From the NCBI GenBank assembly GCA_048128005.1, contig JBEUKZ010000071.1, forward strand, positions 62,001 to 126,000: a DNA stretch of 64,000 bases. Direction: 5' to 3'. How positions within the stretch are numbered: the first letter of the stretch is position 1; the number at the start of each line of letters is the position of its first letter. This DNA is from Veleropilina oligotropha. Taxonomy: Eukaryota. The position numbers and the translations under genes were made by a program. The notes below the pieces were generated by a model. That model saw only the letters and a program-made list of their open reading frames with translations. It ran no database searches and was not told the DNA's origin. This document shows positions 35,627 through 50,599 of this stretch, one piece after another.

Positions 35627-36053
35627 CATATATGCGTATGTAGGTTGGTCTGGGCTCATACAGACTCATGTATATGGCATAACTAAGCATATACGTATCT
35701 AGGTTGGTCTGGGCTCATACAGACTCATGTATATGGCATAACTAAGCATATACGTATCTAGGTTGGTCTGGGCTCATACAGACTCATGTATATGGCATAA
35801 CTAAGCATATACGTATCTAGGTTGGTCTGGGCTCATACAGACTCATGTATATGACATAACTAAGCATATAGACTCATGTATATGACATAACTAAGCATAT
35901 ACGTATCTAGGTTGGTCTGGGCTCATACAGACTCGTGTATATGGCATAACTAAGCATATACGTATCTAGGCTGGTCTGGGCTCACACAGACTCATGTATA
36001 TGGCATAACTAAGCATATACGTATCTAGGTTGGTCTGGGCTCATACAGACTCA
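35627..36053. repeat. 59-bp minisatellite (CATATACGTATCTAGGTTGGTCTGGGCTCATACAGACTCATG...)
   Basis: About 7 near-identical units. Confidence 0.93.
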
Positions 36054-36060
36054 CACATTT

Positions 36061-37715
36061 CAGGCCCGTCGGAAGCAATTTAGTATTGGTCAGGCTCAGA
36101 GCTTCCAACCCATGTGAATGGAAAAGAGTGAGAATGCGAATGGGCGAAAGCCGTGAGCATTGGAAGCCCAAAGGCCCCGATTTAGCTACCCCGGAAGTTT
36201 TTTTAACTGTATAGGTCTTAGATGCGTTTGCTGCAATCTGGGTTATATATTGAGTATTTATTGACCATTATATTTGCCACAAAATTTGAGTGTTTTGGGA
36301 AACAAATATATTATATATTCTAAATTCTATTCAGTAATGACATTATTATAATATTTATTTCTGAGTTTCCTAGGTATCAACAATGAAATCAGAAATCTTA
36401 TCCATTATCCATGGTATCATTAATTAAATAATGCCAAAGGCTATGAATTTAAATCATAATTTCAATCACTTCAGAATCAAAATGTTGATAAATAACGATG
36501 TGAAACCCCCTATCCTGCATTATTAATACAATGTAGTGCAAACGCGATATTTCTTACCCACAATGTATGAATCAATTCCATTGAAATATATGAGGCAATC
36601 TTTAGTGTTTTCATAATCAAACATGCATTTCTGATTTTCAAAGAGAGTTCTGATCACCTGGGCCCCACAGGCAAGTTTGCCTACTATTATTAATTTCGTG
36701 AAATCCCCACTCCTCGTGAAATCCCCCACTATCATCATTTCTGAATAATTTTCTCTGAAATGCGTGGGTAAATTTTCAAATACATGCAATAAATGGTTTG
36801 AAATCCACTCTCCTGCATTCAGACAGTTCAAATACGCTATTTCTTATCACAACATTTATGAACCATTTTCACTAAAATGTATCAGTACAAATTTCGTTTT
36901 TTGACAATCAAACACATGCATTTCTGATTTCCAAAAGGTGAGGGTCCCGACCACTTGGTCGAAGAAAATTTTGACAATTAACGGTGTGAAACCCTCTCAT
37001 CGGCATTCTAACAGTGCAATCGCGATGTTTCTTATGAACTATTAAGATTCATTTTCAGTAAGTGTATAGGTACATTTTTTTGTTTTCACAATCAAACATG
37101 CATTCTTGATTTCCAGGGGGGGGGGGGGACCCCCTCTGGATCCGCTAGTGGAATATACATATGATGTAAAGAACATGGTCAATTTAATTATAACCTGCAT
37201 AATTATGCATTACTTTTCTTCAGATTATGCATTCAGATTAATAAAATATGCGTTAATATGCACCCAAATTAATGAAATTATAAGATCCCGTTCCTAGGCA
37301 TATACAGGGCATTTACACTAAACTGTCTCAATGTGAACCTAGTTATAGATGACCGAGTACCGACCGTAACCATGCACCATTGCCAAATTTAGATGTGCAC
37401 AATAACAGTGAACATTAGTGTCTTTTCCAAATATTTTAAACTTATTGTCACAAACTAAATGTCCCAGGTATATTCCTGGCAGGTATTAGTTACAAATAGC
37501 TGCCTGCAGAATTGGCATGAGAAAAGTTAATTATATTGTCAGCTACAACACTATAAGCGGAATATATAGTGAACAGAGCATAGTCGCCGGATATATGGTT
37601 TTAAATATGTAGTCAGCGGTAATATAATAATGTAGAAACATTTTCTTGTTACCCCCTCCCCCCAAATATTGGTCAGGCCAAAGCCTGACTGGCCTGACCG
37701 CTTCCGACGGCCTTG
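36061..37715. mobile_element. Non-autonomous TIR DNA transposon with a 5-bp TSD (hAT-like termini)
   Basis: CATTT|CAGGCCCGTCGGAAGC ... GCTTCCGACGGCCTTG|CATTT; subterminal TATTGGTCAGGC at both ends. Confidence 0.65.
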
Positions 37716-38793
37716 CATTTTGGTATGAAATATCGCATTGACATTCTCAGAATGCGGGATGTTGGCCCACACCAAGTACATTTTCAGTATGTGAACTATT
37801 TAATTCCAGAGCGCTAGTAAGTTTACAGATGCGAACCTAGATCCATTTACAAGCGGCCCCTTTTAATATCTGGCTTTTCTAGATCACTTATATTATAATT
37901 GATTTATGGATTTGAAGTTGTTAATTATCAGGGAAATCGTTGCATTTCGGCAGCTGGTCATCTCATCAAAAGTATCATCCTGAAAATCGTTGCTCTGAAC
38001 CGGATATAATAATACAATTTTTAGCACCTTGAACTATTTATATTTTACACCGTGTAGATTCTGAAAAGTGCATCGTTTCCAGCTTTCGTAAATATTGCAT
38101 ATACATTTATCATTTAAATAGATGACAATGCCTTGAGGATAACGAGCGATAGTGCATTCAGGTAATACAGGCATACACAATGTACTCGCATAATAATGTT
38201 GCAGTTATTTGCTCAAATAACGCAGGTTTCCATGGAAAGAAAAATTGTAATGCGGAAAACAGAAAAGGGGAGGTAAAGAATGATTGTCGTTGAAAGTGAT
38301 TTAATGTTTTAAGCTTTTCTTCGCTTTGAATAATTTAATTTTAACTATCAATGATTATTAAGTGGGTGTATATATCGATCAAGAAGTCAATGATTTGATT
38401 GTATGTTTCCATGTCTCATAGTCATATTCATAATTCAATATCTTTAAAAAGGTACATAGAGGTTTCGCCCCACTGCACTTTCGTACCAGGAGGATTCGCC
38501 CCACATCCTCGGAGGTTTCGTCCCATTACACGTTCGCCCCGCTGGAGGTTTCGCCCCAGAATAATAAAGTTTTCGCCCAGTAATTATATTGTAGTAAAAA
38601 AATAGATCGTATGGAATAGAGGTTGTATATTTTGGATATGTTGAATATAAGTTTGTTTAATAGGTAAAAAAAATGCAAAATAATTAAGTATATATGAATG
38701 TGGGTAGTATTTAGAATAACATACAGTTGTTAGTCATAGATAAAGTAGATTCAATAGTTCGATATGAAAACAAAATTAATGCATGTGGACACG

Positions 38794-40480
38794 CGACGTC
38801 TTAATGACGTCTTTTTTCTGTCGTATTCTCGTCGTGTGTGCTCTTGTGGTCGTGACCAGAAAACGACGTCAAATTGACGTCTTTAAGACGTCTTTATTAA
38901 GACGTCTTTAAAAAGACGTCTTCAAGACGTCTTTTTAATGACGCCTTAGAGACGTCTTATAGACATCTTTAAAGCGTCTTTCACAAGACGTCTTTCTTAA
39001 AGACATCTTAAAGACGTCTTTTTTAAGACGTCTTAAAGACGTCTTTTTAAAGACGTTTTCTAGACGTCTTTAAGGCGTCGTGCTTAAGACATCTTTTTGA
39101 AGACGTCTTTAATACATCTTTCTTAAGACGTCTTTAACACGTCTTTTAAAAGACGTCTTGAAGACGTCTTTATCGTGTCCTTAGAAAGACGTCATTTTAA
39201 AGACGTCTAAAAGACGTCATTTTTAAGACTTATAGACGTCTTTAAGGCGCCCTGTTCAAGGCATTTTTTGGAAGACTGACATCTTTCATAAGATGTCTTA
39301 AAGACGCTTTTAAAAGACGTCATAAAGACGCCTTTTAAAGAACGTCTTAAAGACGTATTTTTAAGACGTCTTATAGACATATTTAAGGCGTCTTTCACAA
39401 GACGTCTTTCTTGAAGACGTCTTAAAGACGTCTTTTTTAAGACGTCTTAATGACGTCTTTTTAAAGACGTTTTCTAGACGTCTTTAAGGCATCGTGCTTA
39501 AGACATCTTTTTGAAGACGTCTTTAATACATCTTTCTTAAGACGTCTTTAACACGTCTTTTAAAAGACGTCTTGAGGACGTCTTTATCGTGTCCTTAGAA
39601 ACACGTCATTTTAAAGACGTCTAAAAGACGTCTTTTTAAGATGTCTTAAATATGTCTTTCTAGAGACGTCTTATAGACGTCTTTAAGGCGCCCTGTTCAA
39701 GGCAATTTTTGGAAGACTGACATCTTTCATAAGATGTCTTAAAGACGTCATAAAGACGCCTTTTAAAGAACGTCTTAAAGACGTCTTTTTAAGACGTCTT
39801 ATCGACATCTTTTAAAAGACGTCATAAAGACGCCTTTTAAAGAACGTCTTAAAGACATCTTTTTAAGACGTCTTATAGACATCTTTAAGGCGTCTTTCAC
39901 AAGACGTCTTTCTTGAAGACGTCTTTTTATGACGTCTTTTTAAAGAGGTCTTATAGACGTCCTTAAGGCGTCCTGCTTAAAACTTCTTTTTGGATACGTC
40001 TTTAAGACATCTTCTCATAAGACGTCTTTTAAAAGACGTCTTATAGACGTCATTTTCAAGACGTCATTTTTAAGACGTCATTTTAAAGACGTTTTAAAGA
40101 TGTTTTTCCAAAGATGTCTTATAGGCATCTTTAAGGCATCTTTCACAACACGTCTTTTTTATGACGTCTTAAAGACGTCTTTTTAAAGAGGTCTTAAAGA
40201 CGTCTTTTTAAAGAGGTCTTATAGACGTCTTTAAGACGTCCTGCTTAAGACATCTTTTTGAAGATGTCTTTAAGTCATCATTCTTAAGACGTTTTAAAGA
40301 CGTCTTTTAAAAGACGTCTTATAGACCTCTTTATCTCGTCCTTTGAAAGACGTAATTTTAAAGACGTCTAAAAGTGGTCCTTTCTAAGACGTCTTAAAGA
40401 TGTGTTTCTAAAACGTCTTTAAGGCACCCTGTCCAAGGCATCATTTTGAAGTCAGATATATTTCTTAAGACGTCTTAAAG
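38794..40480. repeat. Left subterminal array of the palindrome AAGACGTCTT
   Basis: Dense repetition with higher-order duplications of about 400 bp. Confidence 0.93.
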
Positions 40481-40529
40481 CGGAGGGCTGCACGATTTGC
40501 CCAAATTCACATTTGAATTGACCAAATCT

Positions 40530-40826
40530 CTCACTCGAGCGATATGGGGTTCAACCCAGATCCCGGCGACTTCCCTTGGGCAAGGCATTAATCATATATT
40601 GCCTCGGTTCACCCACCGATCTAAATGGGTACCTGGTTGGCGTGTTAATTAGTCGTTGCGCTCGCTAGTGGCAGCATAACTGTAATACTCTCAAAGAGAG
40701 CGGAGATGGATCCATGATCAGAACAGGCCGAAAAAAAACAGGGATAAAAGTTGTGACAGCGTCAGCGAGCAGATATAGGGATACAGCGCGATATAAATCT
40801 CCAATTATTATTATTATTATTATTAT
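40530..40826 (+). mobile_element. 5'-truncated SINE with a CORE-like domain and (TTA)n tail
   Basis: B-box-like GGTTCAACCC, CCCTTGGGCAAGGCATTAA, AAATGGGTACCTG, (ATT)n tail at 40805-40826. Confidence 0.65.
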
Positions 40827-40839
40827 ATATAATATGGTG

Positions 40840-43800
40840 ATATAAGTAGTTATTTGAGCATATCATGTAACATATTGGCGTTGATTTGATAATGTTTAGT
40901 GGTGATTTTATGTGAAATCCGCAAATTATCGAACAATACTCAAGTTTACGGAAATCTGATGTCGGCCGCGTGTGTTGTTGAATGGACCAAATCTACACAT
41001 ATAAGTGGTTATTTGTAAAATATTTGACGTATTTGCGTTGCTTTCGTTGTGTTTACTGGTGATTTTATGTGAAATCCGCAAATTATTGGACAATACGCAA
41101 GTTACGATAATCTGATGGCAGTCGCGTGTGTGGTTGAATGGATCAAATCTATATTTCATATGCCGAAATAAGAAGCTATTTGTGAATATTTAGGTACATG
41201 CAATGTATTTGCGTTGTTTTCTTAGTGTTTAGTGGTGACTTTATATACGAAAAATGCGCAAAATATTTTTCAGTAACGTAATTTATGTTACGGACATCCA
41301 ATGTCTGCCGGGTATGATTTTAATAGGGCAAATCTATATTTAATATGCCAAATAAGTAGTTATTTGTGAATATTTAGGTACATTAATACGTAAAGTATAA
41401 ATTTGCGTTCCTTTCATGGTGTTTTGTTGTGATTTTTTACGAAATGCGCAAAATATCGTACAATCCGCAAGTTACCGAAATCTATAATGTCGGTCGCGTG
41501 AGTTCTTGAATGGACCAATTATATATTTAACATGCCGAAATAAGTAGCTATTTGTGAATATTTAGGCGACCGACACATGATCAGATTTCCGTAACTTGCG
41601 TATTGTCCGATAATTAATTTGCGGATTTCACATATAGTCACAACTAAACACCACGAAACAAATACATATTAGTATTACATATTATGCCTAAATTTTCACA
41701 AATAACTACTTATTTCGGCATGTTAAATATAGACTTAAAATAGAATTTGTTTGGGTTTAGAAAGTGCATTTCTGCAACTCATATAAAAACCCATTTTGGT
41801 AGCTCGGTCATCTATAGCCTACCCTGTCTCTTAAAGTGCTCATCCAAACGATTTTTAAATTGATTTACTGATGTGGACTCCACCACCTTGACAGGAAGGG
41901 CATTCCACTCATCTACAACTCGGTTTGAGAAAAAGTATTTTCTAACATCTAGCCTGACCCTCTTTTTGTAAATCTGGAACTTATGCCCCCTTGTTTTATT
42001 ATGGTTCAACTGGAAAAAATAACTAATATCAAGATTGTCTTTTCCTGTAAACATTTTAAATACTTGAATCATGTCACCTCTTATCCTACGCAACGTTAAT
42101 GTTGTAAGATCAAGGCTTCTGAGCCTATCCTCATATGTCAACTCTCTGATTTCACCTACCAATTTTGTGGCTCTCCTTTGTACTTGTTCCAATAGTTGGA
42201 TATCCTTTGAGAGGTATGGATTCCATGCTTGCACCGCATATTCTAAATGTGGTCTAACCAGTTGCTTGTATAAACGTGTTATGATGCCTTTTGACTTAAA
42301 AGTAAAATTACGCTTTATCATTCCTAATATTTGGTTTCCCTTTTTAGCTGCTTCGATACATTGATTTGATGGTTTCAGTGAATTATCAATCCATACACCC
42401 AAATCTTTCTCTTTTGTCACTACTTCTAGGTCATCTCCTCCCATTTTATAACAATATTTTTTGTTTTTGTGACCCACATGCATTACCTTACATTTGGTTG
42501 TATTGAAAAGCATTTGCCAGTCATCGGACCACTTAACCAGATTATTTAGATCGGTCTGAAGTTTCCTTGCATCTTGTTCAGTTTCTATTATTCTGTAAAG
42601 TTTAGTGTCGTCAGCAAACTTTTTCACTAGAGATGTAATAGCGCCATCAATGTCATTCAAGTAGATTAGAAATAGCAATGGACCCAAGACCGAGCCTTGA
42701 GGGACTCCACTTAATACACTCTCCCATTTTGACTTAACCCCATTTACAACAACTCTCTGTTTTCTATTCTGTAACCACATTTCTATCCACGTCAATATTG
42801 GTCCTTTAATACCATGATTACTCAATTTTTGTATTAGTCGTTTATGTGGAACCTTATCAAATGCTTTTTGAAAATGAAGATATATAATATCAACCGGCTT
42901 GCCATGATCTATTGCATTTGTAACATCCTCTAAGAATTCAAGAAGATTTGTTAAACATGATCGTTTCTCCATAAATCCATGCTGACTGGTGTTTAACAAG
43001 CTATATTTGTTCAAATGGTCTAATATAACATCCTTTAAAATAGATTCCATCATTTTGCCTACTATTGATGTTAGACTAACAGGTCGATAATTTTGTGCAC
43101 TAGAGCGACTTCCCTTTTTAAATATAGGAGTTATATTACCAATTTTCCAATCATCTGGCAATCTTCCTTCGCTAAGTGATTTGCTGAATATATTTGCTAT
43201 TGGCTTCAACAATTCATGCTTTCCGACTTTTAAAAACTTGGAATATATACTATCAGGGCCAGGGGCTTTGTTTATCTTTAAGAGGTCTATCTTTTTTTCA
43301 ATCAGTGCAGGAGTAATTTCAACCGATTCACAAAAGTTACCAATGTCTTTAAAAATATCTTTTATTGGGGGCATATTCGCGGTATCCTCCAATGTATACA
43401 CGGATGCAAAGTAGTTATTCAAAGATTCTGATATTTCCGCATCATCAGTCATTATATTACCCTTTTCATCTTTCAATGGACCTACGACATCTTTTGTTTT
43501 TTGTTTTGACCTTACATATGCATAAAATGATTTTGGATTTTCCTTGACATTTTTTGCTAAATTTTCTTCAAACATTTTCTTTGCTGCACGGATTTCTTTT
43601 TTACATAGTTTCTCACACTCCTTATAATTTTCATGATCTTTGGTTTCTTTTGACTCCCTGTAACGTCTCCAACGTTTATATTTTCTTCTTACAGATTTCT
43701 TCTTACAGATTTGGTCCATTCAACCACACACGCGACTGACATAAGATTTCCGTAACTTCCGTATTCATTGTCCGATAATTTGCGGATTTCACATAAAATC

Positions 43801-43920
43801 ATCACTAAACACCACGAAAACAACGCAAATACATTACAATACATATACCCAAATATATACAAATAACCACCTATTTCGGCATATTAATTAAGTGTAGATT
43901 TGGTCCATTCAACCACACGT
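40840..43920. repeat. Repeat family with a unit of about 170-190 bp, arranged head-to-head (inversion point near 41570), interrupted by the CR1 LINE
   Basis: GTTGAATGGACCAAATCTA / GAAATCCGCAAATTATC units at 40840-41565; reverse-complement units at 41570-41735 and 43706-43920. Confidence 0.7.
41737..43705 (-). mobile_element. 5'-truncated CR1 LINE (RT part of ORF2)
   Basis: 635-aa open frame 43719-41812 with NYRPVSLTS, FQKAFDKVPH, GVPQGSVLGP, KFADDTKL, VRPHLEY, FFSNRVVDEWNALP; short 3' UTR; no endonuclease. Confidence 0.93.
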
Positions 43921-46900
43921 GCTATTTGTAATCACGGTTTGACAGGATTCAATTAGGCAGTAGCCTGCTATCCAATTGTAGTATATATATTTGTTTTGTA
44001 TTTATATCATGATTATTTCTACAAATAAAATATGTTTAAACGAATTGATTGAAGTCACGCCTTCGAACCAGCGTAATCACTACGTACTGCGAGTTAAATG
44101 GATTTAACACAACTATCTTCACAAGAAAGCTACTCGTCGATTGGCACATGTATGTTAGTGACATCACATAGTTAACGACTAAAGATATGGTATCGGTCAA
44201 CATTTCGCAAATTATAATATTCGGTTACTTTCGTGAGATTTTACGCCTGATTCCAGCTCTTCGTCATTTCAAGTTCTGTCCGCCTCACGCCCCCGTGTAT
44301 ACTATATACCGTATACCAGATTATACCGTACAGGTGTTGTCAGTTTGACGAAACATAACTAATAAAGTTTATATATAATAATTATATGAACGTTATAAAC
44401 CATTTTAGCCTTTGTCTGAATTGCTGGTCTCATTTATTTATAAGAACAAATTCATCGAAATAACGCAAATGAATGTTATTCTGTAATACATCTTATCTAC
44501 ATCTACTGGTCGCGATAGTTATATATATATATAATTATATGCGATATATATATAATTATATGCGATATATATATAATTATATATGACTGATTCTCACGAA
44601 AATGTATGAGATTTGGTGCATTTCAGCCAATATATTTTATAATTTAAGTATGTTATCTCAGTGTGTTTTATTTTATTCTAGCATGTCTAGAATTATAAAA
44701 ATGTATACTTTTGATTAATTTACAAGACATGGGCTTTTATATTTATCTACATAAAGTACAAATCCACATAAATGCATCCATAACACAGGGATTAAATACA
44801 AATAAACACCATTTTCAATCTATTTTTGAAGCGTGTCAGGTATTTTACAAGTTGACATTACTTTGGGGATATCAGCGCAAAATCTTTGAGTAATAGTAAA
44901 ACGTGTACGCATAGTTCGTGACACCGGTTAAAAATATAAGTTGACAATTAGCTAACATCTTTCGCTATTTTTATAGTTCGTGACACCGGTTAAAAATATA
45001 AGTTGATAATTAACTAACATCTGTTGCTATCTTTCTTTGGGTCCTCAGCACTTTACTAACGACCTTCCCTAAACTAAATTAGTCACGAGGGAGATCCCTG
45101 ATGCACCCAACCGCGAAGACTACCATTCTGTGAAGAATCGGCCAGCTGTTCTGTGCCACCACAACATTGCTTTTCATGCTGATAAAGCGAACCATTCTGA
45201 GATTTACGCTGCATGCAGCCTGAACAGCTCGCCATTTTATTCCAGCTTTAGAGTGGACAACGTTTGACCGGGAAATTTGAAAATTTGTTCGAATTCAGTT
45301 AGCTATTATTTGTTGATTCAGAAGCCACTCCACAGTAATACTAAGGTAAGTAACTCGTTGTAAATATTATGTAGCACACTCTGAAATTGTTTATATCTTG
45401 AAACACAAATGCTTAGCTTTATATATATCATGTTTACCCGTTGAACTATATAGAAGTGTACGAAGAGTAGTTGATTCCAAGTCGTTCGTATGTTCTAACC
45501 TGACAACCGATGAACGGTCCAACCACACACAAATACGTTTAAATATTTTACAGTGTTTGATCATGATCATGAAATTATGAAATAATATATATAATATTTA
45601 TGGCGCCGCATAAAATATATATACTTCACATAATATATATGAGAGCTTAATGAAAGTCAGGGAATATTTCTGCATCGTTAAGTAATACGTTTCGGTGGTC
45701 ATGTGTGCCACATGTGTATAAACATGTACCATATTTAGAGATTAAATTATAATAAAATGAATAAATTATTAAATATGACTACACTGATCTACCAGTGATA
45801 TATACTACTTGAGGGTCTTGCTTCGATATTATAATATTTCTTCGTAATCCGATTAACTGTCTTTGAACATTATTTTTAAGCCCGAGACTAGCTTCAGTCC
45901 GCTTCACGTCTGGGTTGAAACTATGTGTTGATAATTACCTAAAATATTTCGCCATTTTACTTTGCTCCTTAGCAATTTACTAACGAACGACTTTCCTCAA
46001 AGCTAAATTAGTCACGAGAGAGATCCCAAGGCACCGAACCGCGGAGACTCTCAATTCTTTCCGTGAAGAATTTCACCAGATGTGCTGTGCCATCACAACA
46101 ATGTTTTGCGTGCTGATAACTCATTATGGTACTTAATGATTAGGCCTACACAGATGTACAATAAAATTAAAGAACATCTAAGGCTCATGTTCAAAACAAT
46201 CGAAGTATGAAGATTTTAGATCTGAACACACGAAAATGATGATTTTAGGCGATATTATTCCCGTACATGACACATGCAGAATAAATGTAATTACCACCAC
46301 ATGTTTCAACGCACACCGGAAAGTATTATTTAACCAACCTATATGGATGGATTGATGCTTAATATCCTGTAACATTTACCATCATAATGTTCAAACAAGG
46401 CATGGCGTGTCCATAAGTATCGAGGGTGGAAAGCCCCGCCGCTCGGGAAACCAACCGTCAAGTTGACGAAAACAGTATAACGTTGGTAAACAAACTCGAC
46501 AAAGACAATAATTGCTTGCCCGCTTGCTACAGCTTGTTTGCTTCGATTTTGATATTGCATGTTTCAATTTTGTTAAATCAGTTATCCATAGTTAGTACAA
46601 AAATATTGAAATTTTTAATAATTATTACAAATCAAAGATCACTATAATAGTGTGATTTCAAGACCATACAACTTACAAGTTGTGTCTCTGACAAGTGGGT
46701 TGTTATTCTAACTTATGAGATCAGAAGCGTCACATTTAATCCAAATACAGATAATGTTATCACAAGATTACCTCATACAGCCGCTTAGCACTGCTGTTAG
46801 TCAGCAGATACATATCTTGATTACCCCTTGAACTTCTTACAGTTTGGATAATTGAAACCATCATTAACTGACCAGTAATGAATTGCATGTATATTATAGT

Positions 46901-47116
46901 AACAAGGAACAAATATGTATTACTTAGTGGGAAATGGGGTGCTACATAACCTCAAAACATTTATAGGGTTTTTAGCAAGAATCCATTTTCAAGCACTTTC
47001 CACACAAATTCAAGCATTTTTAAGGACTTTCAAGGCCTTTGATGAATTTGAGCACGTTCAAGGATGTAAATATCAGTAATCTGTAACAACTAAATTTTAT
47101 CTCTATTTCCCTTCAG

Positions 47117-49715
47117 AGCCAGATCTACAACCAGCACCCAAAAAGTTCAAACACTCTGAAACGATATGTCTACAGCATAGACCAGAGCCGGATGCTGGAT
47201 GCCCTGAATCAGAACCGGAGTCTAATTCTCATGAATCCTCTGAATCCGAATCTGAGCTTGGATATTCCTTGTCAGATTCCGAGTCCGACTCCCCTGGTTC
47301 TGGGCAAACACCCAAACGCCTGAAAAGCACCATACCTGCTATAAATGGTAGAAGCCAGTCGAAGATGGGAAGCATGTCAAAGCGGGGTAATGCATGGACG
47401 TCTTGCAGCAAGTTGACTGACGTGGCCACACCAGTGGGTTTACAGGGCAGATCACCAACGGCTGGTGCACTCACTGTTGTCGAAGAAGATACGATACGAC
47501 AATACACTCAAATCAACCGGAAATGGATTAAAATCAACCGGAAAAGGATCCAATTCATCCGTCACGTCGAACAGAATCAAAACGACAGCAAGCAACGCGC
47601 CGTCAGTGAAGAAGTTCCAGATGTCGAAACGTTCGTCAGTGAACAGCCCAGTAGTGGGAGAGTTTCCAATGTCGGATGCAAGTAGGTTTTGAATTTCGTA
47701 CCTATATTCAGTCATCTTTCATAATCGATATGACTTGCTTTCTATATCTTTCCACGATTATTTTGAGATTTTCTATTTGCAAATCAGCAGACCTCGATTA
47801 CTAGTAGTTGGTTGGTTGGCAACATTTAGCACTTTTTCAGCTGTATGATAGTCGGGACACCCGGTTTAAAGTCTCACTCCGATCTGATCGACATGCATAG
47901 GGATATACCTTCTATTAGTTTTCAGCGTTAGAATTAGCCACGCTGGATTGGGAGCTTGAACCCACATCTTACCGTCCCACGCTTTTCCGACGATGTAACC
48001 AGTTGAGCTATCGAGGACTGTACCGCGATTAGTTTTCTTTCAGCAATGGGCGACGCTAAACCGCATCGATCTAATATATCGGCAGAGCATGACGCCCGTG
48101 AATATAGCACAGAACATATAGCATGACCCAATTTCCCAAAATTTACCATTCATGATTGTGGAGCATTTATTTAAATGTAAAAATGCTCATAATAACTTTT
48201 TTAACCAATTTCTGTTTGCTAAGGATTCCAAAAACGTGTTCTCCATCAGCTGGTGGAAATAAAGGACGCTATGAAATCATTATTGCATCAAACCCAAGGT
48301 GGAGCTGCGACAACAGGAAGCCAGAACGATATCCTCCGTGATGCCACGAGAACCATCGACGAATTTTTGGAATTAGAAGAAAAACTGTCGCAAGTACAGT
48401 TCCGAGCAAATTTGGTACGGAATATACGAACACTATATTCAACCCGCCCCCCCCCCCCCGTTCCCTTATATAGCCAACATTAAAGAATGGCAAATTGGAA
48501 ATATTGACGTTATCATTTTGCCATTAGGTCAAGGAATTACAAATTTTGGATTGGTGAAAATCAGACACATGATAATATATGCTTATTCCAGTACATCTGT
48601 ATAATAATAATATTTTCGGCATTATTTTTGCAGGTTGCCTACTATAGACGGATAGGAGGGCATGATGTCAAAGACATGGTGCGGAATGTAATGACAAGGT
48701 ATGTACAGTAATTATATTTTAATAATTAGCTGAAATTCTATTCCTTCAGTCTCACGCAACTTATCCAGCTTTGGTGTACGTCATCTATTTGCTTTGTACG
48801 TTCATAAACGCATATTATGTGTTTGATAATGATATGTATGGCTTTTGATCAGGAAAAATGTTATAAAAAAATGCTATAAAAAATATGTTATTTTTAATAG
48901 CACTTCTTTCAAAGTAAATGAGCTCATAAACATTTATTTCCGAACAATGAGTCCTACCATCCAAATCGAGTTCAATATGAAGGGCATAGATAAAAAGCTG
49001 GCATTTGGCAGAACTGCCGTATGTTCAGCTATGGAAGGTATTTGAAAAGTCATAAGAAAGCATTTCTCAATTATTTATTCACTCTCTATAGAAAGAGGTG
49101 GACAGACGAATGTTGTTGCAGATGTTTTGTTGCCCTGTTTCCAAGAGGAGTTAACTGCTTCTGAGTGGATAGTGGTCCAGACACTCATCCGAGACAGCCA
49201 GGAGGGTCTGGGTATGAGGCCAGCCGGCGGCTTGTTCTACCGCTTAAAATATTCAACTGCTTAAAATGTTAAGGAACAAAATTAAAACAGTATTTAGGTT
49301 GTTCCAATGCCATTAGTGAAGTTGACCGTCCGGCTTTCTAGATCAAAAGTAAAAGAAAAAACTCTAATCAACTGACATATAAAGTATCCATCTTGTGCAA
49401 CAGTGTTGTGGTATTTTATAAGATGTCAAATGTCAGACAAAGTAAATCTGGTCTAAGTTTTTTAATCAATAGGCGACGAACGCATACAAACGACAAACAC
49501 AAATTTTCCGCGATATCTAGCTTTGGAGTACTGTTGTTCTTGTTAATTAAGCACTCATTTTTCATCAGTTGTTTTTATTTTGCATGCATATTTATTGTAT
49601 ATTTTCAGAAAGTGTTGTGGCAGCTCATTTCACAACAGTGTCGGCGGCTCGAGAGAGGATCGGAAAATACTTAAAGTATGCGTATCAGCGGCGAGCAGGC
49701 ATAGTCACCGACTAA
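47117..49715 (+). pseudogene. Multi-exon accessory gene of the EnSpm-like element (DUF4806-like C-terminus); exons 47117-47681, 48224-48414, 48634-48698, 48943-49037, 49609-49715
   Basis: Spliced by hand: FPMSDARFQKRVLHQLVEIK...FLELEEKL...RRIGGHDVKDMVRNVMTRTMS...FNMKGIDKKLAF...IGKYLKYAYQR; phases agree; a frameshift in the first exon and an AG>CG acceptor change at 48941-48942. Confidence 0.65.
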
Positions 49716-50599
49716 AGTCATCTCGATTTAAAATGTATATATATATATGGCGTAAATACAAAAGATTGATCGGTTTTGAACTCTGTTTCTTTTATTGTTT
49801 TCAGTTGGTTTTGTCCCAAAATGATGTTCTGTGTCCGCTTGTATGAGCAAGGCGTGGGTCCAGGACTGGTTTATATTATATATTACTGTTGCTCACGGAC
49901 TAAAACGTTGATTGTATTTTAGGACAGCAGGCTCGGCTAGTTCTTGCTAAGATACATGCGTAACGTAAGGCAAAACTGGTTATCCTCGCTATCCTCTCAT
50001 TTTAGTCTTGGAACAACAGTAAGCTAGTCCTGAATCACCCTTGCTCATAAAACAGGATTCTGATGATGTTTAAGTTACCCGGCATAAATCTGATCAATCA
50101 TGCTTGAGTGATGAGACTGACACATAAAGAAAGATTTCCGAAATACCCGATGATTGGACCGATTGGATCGATGCTTAATAACCTGTATATTACAACATAC
50201 AGGTTTCGTTAAGGACATGCCCATATTATCGACAGAGTAAAGCCCGGTCGCTCGAAGAAACCTTCCTTCCCCGGTCAGCTACGAACAACAATGATGGTAA
50301 CTTAAAAAAGAATGCTATTGCCCCAACCGAGACTCAAACACACACCTGTTTGTGACAGAAGTCAAGCCAGAGATTTCACAGTCGACATTCGATATCACAC
50401 AATATACCAGAGCGACAACGTGATTCTAACTCAGGTAGTCTTACATACGCAGTAAACCGAGCAACATATGCGCTTTCCGATGCATCGATTTTAGACTGAT
50501 GAAAGGCGTCTATTTAGGTCTTCTACTACGTGTTGTGCACAACATCTTACTGACATCATGTATCCGATGTCTTATATTTTGGTCATATATGCATAAACA

